Below, piece by piece: positions 50,359 through 59,200 of a DNA stretch of 64,000 nt. The position numbers and the translations under genes were made by a program. The DNA comes from Dehalococcoidia bacterium (GTDB lineage: Bacteria; Chloroflexota; Dehalococcoidia; Lucifugimonadales; UBA3495), in assembly GCA_030740155.1 (NCBI GenBank), contig JASLXV010000054.1:55645-119644 (forward strand), in the 5' to 3' direction. A model generated the notes under the pieces. That model was not told the DNA's origin and ran no database searches. It worked only from the letters and a program-made list of their open reading frames with translations. Every line of letters begins with the position of its first letter. Position 1 is the stretch's first letter.

Positions 50359-51666
50359 TCAGAAGCGATATTCGTCTTCGTCGTTGGGGTCCAGAAGGTC
50401 CGGGTCCTCCCAGGGTTGGAGGCCTTCGCCGGTGTCCACGCGAGGGCGCAACCGCCTGATGGCGAGGCGCGTCACCACCACCAGGGCTACGGCCGCCGCC
50501 AAGCCACCGATGAGCAGCGTGCTGAAACTCACCCAGGGAGAACTCCTCGCCGGAGACCCGGGGGCCGGCGCCGGTGGCCGCTTGGCGTCAACGGCCCACA
50601 GGTCCTCGAGCCCGTTAACGTCGAATCCATAGGCCGTGAGCAGGGCTTGCTCCGTCGTGCTGCCCTGGCCCAGTTCTCCAATGAACTGCTGGAACGGCTC
50701 GACCCCATACTCCTCGATCAGGTAAGCCAACACGCTCTCCGCCTTCTGATAGAAGGTGGTTATGGCCAGGGGGGTCCCCGAGACCCTGGTCATGGCCCGC
50801 AAAGGCAGGCCCCGGGAACTCAGGCTTTTCCCGCTGTAGGGAGTAGCGCCCGGCGCCACGTAGCTGGCAAACCCCTCGTCCAACCAGGAGGGCAGTGGGA
50901 GGGCGTTGGGTTCCAGCGCCTGGTCCAGCAGCAGATGCGCCGCCTCATGGACGATGATGCCGGTCTGGAATCCCACGCCAACGAACCCCCCGGTGGCGGG
51001 AAAGGCGAACCCCCCGAAAAGATGCAGTTCGTCGGTGGTCCGGCTTTGCCGGGGAAAGGCGTCCTCCGCCTCGTCGGGCCGGTTGTAGATGACTCCTCTG
51101 ATTGGCCGGCCGGTCTCTATCCGAAGCAAGTTGAAGATGTGGTCCAGCCGCTCCTCCACATCGCGGGTCACCGCCTCGACCTTGGATCTTCGCAGGTCAT
51201 GGTACAGCAGGAGCAGAGGACCGGCCTGAATCCGCTCCCACTCGAAACGATCGTCGGTGTACTCGATCACATTGGGGGAGGTTTCATGGACGTTGCCTCG
51301 GGCATCACGAATGACGTAGTAGTACTCCAGCGTGGCGCCGGGAGGCAGGTAGTTGGACCCGCCTATGCTGAGCCTGAAGCTCGCGGTGACGTGACGCCCG
51401 GTATTGAAGCCGGAATAGGCGTAGGACCAGATGCCATCTTCGAGGGTGCGGTAAAACAGCCGTACCTCGACGATCTCCGCCTCCCCCTCGGCGGCCAGCG
51501 TGAAGCTGATGCCGTCGGGGAAGTTGATCTCCGCGCGCGAGTCTAGGACCCGGATGCCGCCGCCGGACGCCCGGACCGGCGCAACCAGCAGGAAAAGCGC
51601 CAGGGCGGCGGCCAAGATGGCCACCGCCAGACGCGGGGCGGAGCTTACTGGTCGATGCATAAACAT
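50359..51666 (-). CDS. Secreted/membrane-anchored peptidase MA family metalloprotease
   Basis: Signal-like N-terminus, HEAAH ... WLDEGFA gluzincin motif, C-terminal TM; start uncertain. Confidence 0.82.
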   Translation of the reverse strand: MFMHRPVSSAPRLAVAILAAALALFLLVAPVRASGGGIRVLDSRAEINFPDGISFTLAAEGEAEIVEVRLFYRTLEDGIWSYAYSGFNTGRHVTASFRLSIGGSNYLPPGATLEYYYVIRDARGNVHETSPNVIEYTDDRFEWERIQAGPLLLLYHDLRRSKVEAVTRDVEERLDHIFNLLRIETGRPIRGVIYNRPDEAEDAFPRQSRTTDELHLFGGFAFPATGGFVGVGFQTGIIVHEAAHLLLDQALEPNALPLPSWLDEGFASYVAPGATPYSGKSLSSRGLPLRAMTRVSGTPLAITTFYQKAESVLAYLIEEYGVEPFQQFIGELGQGSTTEQALLTAYGFDVNGLEDLWAVDAKRPPAPAPGSPARSSPWVSFSTLLIGGLAAAVALVVVTRLAIRRLRPRVDTGEGLQPWEDPDLLDPNDEDEYRF

Positions 51667-51847
51667 CCGAACATGACCGGAGACCGCGTCCTGGGGCCAA
51701 ATCCCCCTGTTTCCCCTTTTTAAAAATGGTGTATGGACCGGAGACATAGCTTACGCCTGTTCGGAGACATGGTGGACACAAGACCTGCCGCAGCCTGGAT
51801 ACTTGCAGTGTCTTCTCTCTATTATACGGCCCTCAAAGCTCCCTCGG

Positions 51848-52966
51848 CTAACTGGCTCCCTCCGCCCGCTGCCGGGGCGTCTCGGCCGCCGAACGCTCCC
51901 GGCCCAATAGGGCGGCCTTGCGCTCGGGGCCCCAGCGGTACCCGCCAAGGCCTCCGTCCTGTTTGACCACCCGGTGGCACGGTACCACCAGCGGGACGGG
52001 GTTGGCTCCGCAGGCGCGGCCCACCGCCCGCGCGGCGGCCGGCCGGCCCACCGCGGCGGCCACCTGCTGATAGGACCGGGTCTCGCCATAGGGAATGGTC
52101 CGCAGGTACTCCCACACCTGCCGCTGAAAGGCGGTGGCACGGATGTCCAGCGGCAGGTCCGGATAAGCCAGGTCCCCCTTCAGATGGCGCACCAGGGCCC
52201 CGGCGGATTCGCCAAGGACTCCATCATCCGGGTAGAGCTGGGCCCCTGGGAACTCCTGCCGTAATTCGGCATCCAACTCCGTGTTGGAGCCGCCCAGTTT
52301 TACGGAGCACAGTCCTCGCTCGGTGGCAGCCACCAGCAGCCGGCCCAACGGACAGGCCACGATGGTGTAGGTGATGCTGGCCCCCCGGCCACCCCGGCGA
52401 TAGGAGGCCGGGCTCATGCCCAGATGCCCCGTTGACCCCTCGTACAGACGGCTGGTGGAGCCGTACCCAGCGTCATACATCGCGCCGGTAACGTCCCATC
52501 CTTCTCTCAGCCGGGCCTTGAAGCGGTCCCGCCGGCAGGCATCGGCATACTGGCGGGGCGTGATGCCCATCAGCCGCTTGAAGACCCGGTGGACGTATCC
52601 GGGGCTGGCGCCAGCCTGGCCGCTGAGCTGGGCCAGGGTAGGCGGGCCGTCCGGATTACTTTGAATATACCGGCAGACAAGATTCACTATCTCCAGTGGC
52701 CGGCCAGCAGAAAAGGGTTGGTCGGGACGGCAACGGCGGCAGTGGCGGAAGCCCGCCCTCTCCGCCGCCTCGGGCTCTGGAAAGAAGACCACCTGCTCCC
52801 GATTGGGCCGCCGGCTGGGACAGGAGGGCCGGCAGTAGACCCCAGTGGAGCGAACGGCGTACACGAAGGCGCCGTCAGACCGTTGGTCACGGGCCAGCAC
52901 GGCCTGCCAGCGGCGGTCCGGGTCACCATGCTCGATGGAAGAGGGTTGCACTTTGAGCGTTGCCAT
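51848..52966 (-). CDS. ada: Bifunctional Ada regulator/O6-methylguanine-DNA methyltransferase
   Basis: GVYCRPSC and CRRC Zn site, AraC-like HTH, PCHR. Confidence 0.95.
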   Translation of the reverse strand: MATLKVQPSSIEHGDPDRRWQAVLARDQRSDGAFVYAVRSTGVYCRPSCPSRRPNREQVVFFPEPEAAERAGFRHCRRCRPDQPFSAGRPLEIVNLVCRYIQSNPDGPPTLAQLSGQAGASPGYVHRVFKRLMGITPRQYADACRRDRFKARLREGWDVTGAMYDAGYGSTSRLYEGSTGHLGMSPASYRRGGRGASITYTIVACPLGRLLVAATERGLCSVKLGGSNTELDAELRQEFPGAQLYPDDGVLGESAGALVRHLKGDLAYPDLPLDIRATAFQRQVWEYLRTIPYGETRSYQQVAAAVGRPAAARAVGRACGANPVPLVVPCHRVVKQDGGLGGYRWGPERKAALLGRERSAAETPRQRAEGAS

Positions 52967-53068
52967 CTTATCAGCCTGCCTCGAAACGGTTGTAAATGCT
53001 TTTGAGGTTCCTTCCTAAAAAGGCTTCCATAACCCAGCGTACTGTACCTCTCAGGGAAAATCTATCCG

Positions 53069-53085
53069 AATCTTGCGGGCAAAGT
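53069..53085 (-). promoter_or_regulatory. Putative Ada box
   Basis: Minus strand ACT-TTGCCC-GCAAGATT resembles the AAT-N6-GCAA Ada site; about 100 bp upstream of ada. Confidence 0.4.
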
Positions 53086-53251
53086 TTTGCCGTTAGTAGG
53101 AAGCCGCGATCTGGCTCAATAGGATTGCTCTTTTGGTCATGTTTGCACCCTTGAGCGACGATATCGGGAGCACCAGCCTCGAATTGCCTGACATTATCTG
53201 AAATATAAAACTTTGTTTAATCATAATTCGAAGATTACTGACTTACACCCG

Positions 53252-53281
53252 TTGTTAAGTCGTACATTCGTTCTATATAAT
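53252..53281 (+). promoter_or_regulatory. Promoter of the imuB-dnaE2 cassette with a LexA-like box
   Basis: TTGTTA, 18 bp, TATAAT; GTAC-ATTC-GTTC at 53262-53273 resembles GAAC-N4-GTTC. Confidence 0.6.
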
Positions 53282-53320
53282 CCGATACCCGAAAGTAGAC
53301 CGTTCGCGGCTGAATACGAA

Positions 53321-53788
53321 GTTCCCCCCTTTGTAAAAGGGGGGGGCAGGGGGGATTTCCCCGCCAAATAAGAAGCCCTGAAGAGTTATCCCACAATGCT
53401 CAAATACAACCTCAAACAGACTCCACGCCACTTGCGTAAAGAAATGACCCATTGTGAGCAGATGCTATGGGCACAGCTGCGTAAGAAACAGCTCCGCAGT
53501 GTGCAATTCTATCGGCAGAAGCCCATAGGAACTTGTATTGTAGACTTTTACGCGCCCAACGCTAAGTTGGTGGTGGAGGTGGATGGATCACAACACCTGG
53601 GTCTAGAGCATACGCAGAATGACGCGGAACGGGATGCCTGCCCGGCAAGCGCAGGCCTGCGGATACTGCGCTTTAGCAACATGCAGGTATTGCAAGAGCT
53701 TGATGCGGTGGTGGATATCATCCTAAAAGTTCTTGTGAATCAAGTAGACGAAATCCCCCCTGACCCCCCTTTAACAAAGGGGGGATTC
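53321..53788. mobile_element. DUF559 element 1: endonuclease gene between about 39-bp palindromic terminal inverted repeats
   Basis: Left GTTCCCCCCTTTGTAAAAGGGGGGGGCAGGGGGGATTTC; right (reverse complement) GAATCCCCCCTTTGTTAAAGGGGGGTCAGGGGGGATTTC. Confidence 0.8.
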
Positions 53789-53800
53789 GCTAATGCCTGA
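53396..53800 (+). CDS. DUF559 (Vsr-like/YcjD) endonuclease-domain protein
   Basis: LRKEMT..E..LW..LR, F.RQ.PIG..IVDF, VEVDG.QH, D.ERD, LRF.N; low GC. Confidence 0.88.
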   Translation: MLKYNLKQTPRHLRKEMTHCEQMLWAQLRKKQLRSVQFYRQKPIGTCIVDFYAPNAKLVVEVDGSQHLGLEHTQNDAERDACPASAGLRILRFSNMQVLQELDAVVDIILKVLVNQVDEIPPDPPLTKGGFANA

Positions 53801-54983
53801 ACGCTTGATCGCCTGCGTACTGGTCACCCACCTTCCCATGAAAGCGGAGCTGCGGCGGTATCCCGAGCTTCGGGGAAAGCCGGTCGTTATAACGGAATGC
53901 TACGGCTCCAAGGATCTGGTGCTGGACAGCTCTCCCGAGGCCCGGGGAGTTGTCGCCGGCATGCCTCTTCAAGAGGCCGTGTCCCGGTGCAAGGACACGG
54001 TCTTGCTCCGGGCGGATGCACCGCACTACGAGTCGGCCTTCGACGCGGTGATCTGCTCCCTGGAGCAGCGGAGCCCCCTGGTGGAGAAGGCCGATCTGGG
54101 CCGCGCCTACGTGGGGCTGGACGGACTGGAAGCCATGTACGGGGATGAGGCCAGGCTCATAGCGTCGCTGCTCCAGGCGGTGCCCCAGGAGTTCAATCCT
54201 CGCATCGGAGTGGCCGGGGGGAAATTCCCGGCCTACGTCGCCGCGGTGACCAGCCGCAGCGGCCGGGCCACCAGGGTTCCGGAAGATGTAGCCGGGTTTC
54301 TCAAGGAACTCTCCGTCGACCTGTTGCCCCTGTCCTGGGACAACAAGACCCGCCTACACCGCTTCGGACTGCACACCTTGGGCCAGCTGGCGGCCCTTTC
54401 TGCAGGTTCGATCCAAGCCCAGTTGAAGGCTGAGGGGAAACGGGCCTGGGAGCTGGCCGGCGGCATCGACCGCAGCCCGCTGCTGCCCTTCCAGCGCGAG
54501 GAGGCGGTGACGGAATTCCTCACCTTCCCTTCGCCGGCCGTAACCCAGCCCGCTATTTTAATGGCGGTAGAGACGCTGCTGGGCCGCGCTTTTAGCCACC
54601 CCCAAATCCGCGGCAAGTATGTGCGCACGGCTGCCATCGAGAGTCAGGTGGTCCGTCACCCCCCGTGGACCAGGCACTTCGCCTTCAAGGAGGCGGTGGG
54701 CAGCAAAGAGAGGGCCCTGTTCGCCCTGAAATGCCGGATGGATACAACCGTCCTGCCCGGCCCCTTGGAAGACATGAAGCTCACTCTGGCCGGGTTCACC
54801 GGCGAGTCCGGCATCCAGTCCAGCCTTTTCTCGGATGTCCGCAAGCGGGAGCAACTCCGGGAGATGATGCGGCAACTGGAGGCCCTCCTGGGCGGCAAAC
54901 CGCCCATCTACCAGGTAAAGGATGTAGAGCCGTGGTCCAGAATCCCCGAGAGACGCCAGGTCTTGGTGCCCTTCGACCCCTGA
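53793..54983 (+). CDS. imuB: ImuB-like inactive Y-family polymerase (N-terminal and central part)
   Basis: ARGVVAGMPL, SPLVE, RIGVAGGKF.A.VA, clamp-binding-like QSSLF, PWSRIPERR; lacks catalytic acidic motifs; upstream of dnaE2. Confidence 0.8.
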   Translation: MPERLIACVLVTHLPMKAELRRYPELRGKPVVITECYGSKDLVLDSSPEARGVVAGMPLQEAVSRCKDTVLLRADAPHYESAFDAVICSLEQRSPLVEKADLGRAYVGLDGLEAMYGDEARLIASLLQAVPQEFNPRIGVAGGKFPAYVAAVTSRSGRATRVPEDVAGFLKELSVDLLPLSWDNKTRLHRFGLHTLGQLAALSAGSIQAQLKAEGKRAWELAGGIDRSPLLPFQREEAVTEFLTFPSPAVTQPAILMAVETLLGRAFSHPQIRGKYVRTAAIESQVVRHPPWTRHFAFKEAVGSKERALFALKCRMDTTVLPGPLEDMKLTLAGFTGESGIQSSLFSDVRKREQLREMMRQLEALLGGKPPIYQVKDVEPWSRIPERRQVLVPFDP

Positions 54984-55219
54984 ACCTCCCGGTACCCATC
55001 GCCGTTGAGGAGGATGCCCGCCAGCGGCCCCTGGCCCTGATCCAACGGGGCCGCAGGCTCAGGGTGGTCACGATAGATGGCCGGTGGAAAATCGACGAGG
55101 AGTGGTGGCGGGAAAACCCCATCCTCAGGATGTACTACCAGGTGACCACCGGGGACGGCCGGCGCATTACCGTTTTTCGAGACCTCACCACCGGGAAATG
55201 GTACCGGCAAAGGGGTTAG
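54932..55219 (+). CDS. ImuB C-terminal-domain-like small protein (overlapping, -1 frame)
   Basis: RPLNLPVPI...RGRRLRV...WKIDEEWW...RMYYQV...G....VFRDL..G.WY; GTG at 54932. Confidence 0.7.
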   Translation: MVQNPRETPGLGALRPLNLPVPIAVEEDARQRPLALIQRGRRLRVVTIDGRWKIDEEWWRENPILRMYYQVTTGDGRRITVFRDLTTGKWYRQRG

Positions 55220-55224
55220 GGCAA

Positions 55225-55763
55225 GCGATCAGCGGTCAGCGAGAGCACTCCCTTCCCCCCTTTGGGGAAGATCACATAAGTCCCTTCCCCACTTGTGGGG
55301 GAAGGTTAGGATGGGGGAATGAACGTCGCAAAAGCCAGAGAACTGAGGAAGAACCCCACAGAATCCGAGCGAACTCTATGGAAACACCTTCGCATGCGCC
55401 AGATCAATGGCTACAAGTTTCGCCGTCAGCAGCCTATTGGACGATACATTGTCGATTTCGTGAATTTCGAGAGAAGAGTGGTTATAGAACTGGACGGCGG
55501 GCAACATTCCCAACAAATAGTTTATGACTCAATAAGGACTGCCTGGCTGGAGGCTCAGGGATACCAAGTGCTCAGGTTCTGGAACAATCAGATTCTAAAG
55601 GAAGCTGAAGCGGTTAAAGCAACCATACTAAAAGCCTTGGAATGTGAGTGCGATGCCCCACCTTAATCCTCCCCCACAAGGGGGGAGGAGAGGTCGAGCC
55701 ATGGAGGACTCTCCAAACCATTCACATCTTTCATCCAGACCCTGAAAGCTGACCGCTGACCGC
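55225..55763. mobile_element. Nested insertion: heptamer inverted repeats enclosing DUF559 element 2
   Basis: Outer GCGATCAGCGGTCAGC / GCTGACCGCTGACCGC (15/16); inner palindromic TIRs at 55282-55317 and 55656-55691. Confidence 0.75.
55319..55666 (+). CDS. DUF559 endonuclease-domain protein
   Basis: ARELRKNPTESE..LWKHLR, KFRRQQPIGRYIVDF, IELDGGQH, VLRFWNN; low GC. Confidence 0.92.
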   Translation: MNVAKARELRKNPTESERTLWKHLRMRQINGYKFRRQQPIGRYIVDFVNFERRVVIELDGGQHSQQIVYDSIRTAWLEAQGYQVLRFWNNQILKEAEAVKATILKALECECDAPP

Positions 55764-55766
55764 CAC

Positions 55767-58700
55767 ATGTACGTCGAACTCCACTGCCACAGCAACTACT
55801 CCTTCCAGGAGGGGGCCTCTTCCGTGGAGGAACTACTCGTCCGCGCCAAGGAACTGGGCTACCCGGCGCTGGCCCTCACCGACCACGACAATCTGTGCGG
55901 GGCCATGCACTTCGCCGAGGTGGCCCGGAGCCTGGACCTACAGGCCATCACCGGCGCGGAGGTCACCCTCAAGGACGGCTCCCACCTGACCCTGCTGGCC
56001 GAGACGCGGCAGGGATACCGCAACCTGTGCAACCTCCTCTCCTACTCCTACATTACCGGCGGCCGCCGAACCCCCGGTTTGGACCCCAGACACCTGCCCG
56101 AGCTGGCCGAGGGCCTCATCCTGCTCACCGGATGCCGGAAGGGCCCAGTCTCCAGCCTGCTGGCGGAAGGCCGGCCGGAGGAGGCCGAAGGGGCGCTACG
56201 CCAATACCTGGACTGGCTCGGAACGGCCAACGTCTTCGTGGAGCTGCAGCAAAACCTGGTCCAGGGCGATACCCAGCGCAACCGGCGGCTCATCGAACTG
56301 GCCCGCGGGCTAGGCGTGGGAGTGGTGGCCGCCAACAACGTCCACTACCACGTCCCGGAACGCCACCGCCTCCAGGACGCCCTGGTCGCCATCAGCAACA
56401 ACCAGAGCCTGGAGAACACCCACCCGCAACGCCGTCCCAGCGGCCAGTTTTACCTCAAGTCTCCGGAGGAGATGGCCGGCCTGTTCCGGGGATGCCCGGA
56501 AGCCATTGAGAACACCTTGAAAATAGCCGGCCGGTGCGCCTTCGACCTCACCAGAGACCTGGCCTACCGGTTCCCCGATTACCCCGTGCCCGAAGGCTTC
56601 ACCCCCCAAACCCACCTGGAAAACCTCTGCTACCAGGCCGCCGGGCGCCGCTATGGCAGCGTCACCGAAAAGGTAAAGGCGAGACTCCAGGAAGAGTTTA
56701 GCCTGGTCCAAAGGCATAACCTGGCGGGGTTCTTTCTGATTTACTACGACATCATCCAGATAGCCCGCCAGATCATGATCGAGCTGGGCCTGAGCGACGC
56801 GGAGATACCCCTGGAAGAGCGGCCGCCGGGAAGGGGACGGGGCTCATCGGTAGCCATGCTGGTGGGTTACCTCATCGGCCTCTCCCACATCGACCCCCTC
56901 GAGTTCAACCTCTCCCTGGACCGGTTCCTATCCGACGACATAGGCTCGGTCCCCGACATAGACCTGGACTTCCCCCGAAACATCCGGGAAGAGCTGATCA
57001 AACGGGTCCATGAAAAGTGGGGATGGGACCACGCCGCCCTCACCGGGATGATCAGCACCTACCAGCTAAAGGGGGCGGTCCGGGACCTGGGCAAGGCGCT
57101 GGGGCTTCCCCTGCAGGAGGTCGCCAAGCTGGCCAAGAGGGCCGAGTCCTACAGCGCCAAGAGCCTGCAGTTGGAGATGCTGACCCTTCCCGAATTTCGG
57201 GACAAGGTGGACGCTCCGGTGTGGCGCGACCTCATCGACCTGGCCGCCCAGCTCGACGGCTTCCCCAAGTACTTGGCCCAACACCCCGGCGGGATGATTG
57301 TCAGCTCTTCTCCTCTCATCGACATGGTGCCGGTGCAGCCGGCCGCCATCGAAGGCCGCTATATCTGCCACTGGGACAAGGACGGCATCGACCAGGCCGG
57401 TTTCGTGAAGATCGACTTTCTCGCCCTGGGCACCCTATCCCAACTGCAGGATATCCTCCTGCTCATCGAAGAGCGGGAGGGCCACTACATCGACCTGAGC
57501 CGCATCGACTTCAATGACTCGGCGGTGTACGAGATGCTGCACCAGGCCGACACCATCGGCATATTCCAGGTGGAATCGGCGGCCCAGATACAGACCATCC
57601 CCCGCATCAAACCCCGGAACCTCACCGACATGGCCTACGAGGTGGGCGCGGTGCGACCCGGCGTTGGGGCCAATGACGGGGTCACCCTGTTCATCCAACG
57701 GCGTTCCCTGGGCATCCCCTGGGACTACGACCACCCCCTGGAGCAGCGGGCGCTGGAGCGGACCCTGGGGGTCATTCTGTTCCAGGACCAGGTGAACCAG
57801 CTGGCCATCGACGTGGCCGGGTTCAGCGGCGCCGAGGCCGACCAGCTCCGGCGGGCCTTCATCCGAAAGAACAACCAGACGCTCGTCGCCTTCTACTGGG
57901 AAAAGTTCCGGCAGGGTTCCCAGGGTCTGGGCGTCCCCGAGGACGTGGCCCAGACGATCTTCAAGAAGTTCAACGGCCAGTACATGTTCCCGGAGTCCCA
58001 CGCCTTCGCCTTTGGTGTAACCGCCTACCACATGGCCTGGCTCAAGCACTACTACCCCCTGGAGTTCTTCGTCGCCATCTTCAACCAGCAGCCCATGGGG
58101 TTCTACAACCTGGAGACATTGAAAGAGGACGCCAAACGGCACGGGATCACCGTGCTCAACCCCGACATCAACGCCAGCATCGAAAAGTGCATCATCAAAG
58201 ATGAATCCCTGTTGCTGGGGTTCTTGCGGGTGAGAGGAGTGGGCAAAACCGCGGCGGAATCGATCGTCCGGGCAAGGGAGCGAGATGGCCTCTTCAGCAG
58301 CCTCGCCGATGCCATGGAGCGGACCGGGTTGCTGCGGGAAGCCGTCGAAAACCTGGTGGCGGCAGGTGTCTTCGACTCGCTGCAAGCTGCCGCCGGACGA
58401 ACCGGGGAAATCCCCCCCGCCGGCCCAGGAGCGATTGGCGAGTCGCCCCCACCACAAGATAGATTCGAAGGCAGGCTTGCCAAAACCCTTAGCTCCCCTT
58501 TCGTAAAGGGGGGATGGGGGGATTTCGACACTCCCACCATCAAACCGCGGCCGACGCCCGGCGCAGCCAGCACATCGGACCGCCGGGCGACGCTGTGGGA
58601 AGTGGGTCTGCGCTACCATCCCACGAAATCCGGGCCTGGCGGCTATCAACTGGCGCTCTCCCTTCCCGTCGAGCAGGACATGGCCGAACTGCCTCCCCAA

Positions 58701-59102
58701 AGCCGGTGGGAGGTCATGCTCGATGAATACCGCACCATGGGCCTTCACCCGGCGGGGCACCTGATGGCCATGCTGCGGCCCCACTTGCCCCCAGGGGTCC
58801 ACAGCAGCCGGGAAATTCTGGAGCTGGCCGATGGCACGGAGGTAACCGTGGCCGGCCTGGCGATCCGCCGGCAGCGTCCCCTAGGCAAGACCGTGTTTGT
58901 CACCCTGGAGGACGAGTTTGGGCACATCCCCCTGGTGGTATGGCCCAAGGTGTACGAGCAGTACCGGCTGGTCTTGCGGGAGTCTGTCCTGATAGTAAAG
59001 GGGGAAATTTCCCGCAGGGAGGGCACCATGAACGTAGCGGTCAAGCACGTGGCGAGGGCCAGGGGGGGCCAAAACCTACCTAAGGCCAAGAACTGGCAAT
59101 AG
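55767..59102 (+). CDS. dnaE2: Error-prone DNA polymerase DnaE2 (ImuC) with a 60-aa repeat-derived insertion
   Basis: YVELHCHSNYSF PHP domain, GRGS, PDIDLD, QHPGG, KIDFL, FPESHA, NQQPMGFY, OB fold; downstream of imuB. Confidence 0.92.
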   Translation: MYVELHCHSNYSFQEGASSVEELLVRAKELGYPALALTDHDNLCGAMHFAEVARSLDLQAITGAEVTLKDGSHLTLLAETRQGYRNLCNLLSYSYITGGRRTPGLDPRHLPELAEGLILLTGCRKGPVSSLLAEGRPEEAEGALRQYLDWLGTANVFVELQQNLVQGDTQRNRRLIELARGLGVGVVAANNVHYHVPERHRLQDALVAISNNQSLENTHPQRRPSGQFYLKSPEEMAGLFRGCPEAIENTLKIAGRCAFDLTRDLAYRFPDYPVPEGFTPQTHLENLCYQAAGRRYGSVTEKVKARLQEEFSLVQRHNLAGFFLIYYDIIQIARQIMIELGLSDAEIPLEERPPGRGRGSSVAMLVGYLIGLSHIDPLEFNLSLDRFLSDDIGSVPDIDLDFPRNIREELIKRVHEKWGWDHAALTGMISTYQLKGAVRDLGKALGLPLQEVAKLAKRAESYSAKSLQLEMLTLPEFRDKVDAPVWRDLIDLAAQLDGFPKYLAQHPGGMIVSSSPLIDMVPVQPAAIEGRYICHWDKDGIDQAGFVKIDFLALGTLSQLQDILLLIEEREGHYIDLSRIDFNDSAVYEMLHQADTIGIFQVESAAQIQTIPRIKPRNLTDMAYEVGAVRPGVGANDGVTLFIQRRSLGIPWDYDHPLEQRALERTLGVILFQDQVNQLAIDVAGFSGAEADQLRRAFIRKNNQTLVAFYWEKFRQGSQGLGVPEDVAQTIFKKFNGQYMFPESHAFAFGVTAYHMAWLKHYYPLEFFVAIFNQQPMGFYNLETLKEDAKRHGITVLNPDINASIEKCIIKDESLLLGFLRVRGVGKTAAESIVRARERDGLFSSLADAMERTGLLREAVENLVAAGVFDSLQAAAGRTGEIPPAGPGAIGESPPPQDRFEGRLAKTLSSPFVKGGWGDFDTPTIKPRPTPGAASTSDRRATLWEVGLRYHPTKSGPGGYQLALSLPVEQDMAELPPQSRWEVMLDEYRTMGLHPAGHLMAMLRPHLPPGVHSSREILELADGTEVTVAGLAIRRQRPLGKTVFVTLEDEFGHIPLVVWPKVYEQYRLVLRESVLIVKGEISRREGTMNVAVKHVARARGGQNLPKAKNWQ
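58407..58526. repeat. Element-1 repeat remnants inserted in frame in dnaE2
   Basis: GAAATCCCCCCC (58407-58418) and CTCCCCTTTCGTAAAGGGGGGATGGGGGGATTTC (58493-58526). Confidence 0.8.
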
Positions 59103-59153
59103 GCCGAGCGCCCCCAGCTTGACCTATCCCCAGAACGGGTGAAACCAACCAGT

Positions 59154-59191
59154 CCTCTCCTCCTTGCGAAGGAGGAGATAAGAGAGGGGGT
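59154..59191. repeat. Hairpin plus purine-tail repeat with DUF559-TIR architecture, between convergent genes
   Basis: TCTCCTCCTT-GCG-AAGGAGGAGA followed by TAAGAGAGGGGGT. Confidence 0.6.
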
Positions 59192-59200
59192 CAAAAACGG

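Noticed and set aside
58387..58575. Intein in DnaE2
   Set aside because: No N-terminal Cys/Ser block or C-terminal His-Asn followed by Cys/Ser/Thr; too short; explained by repeat DNA.
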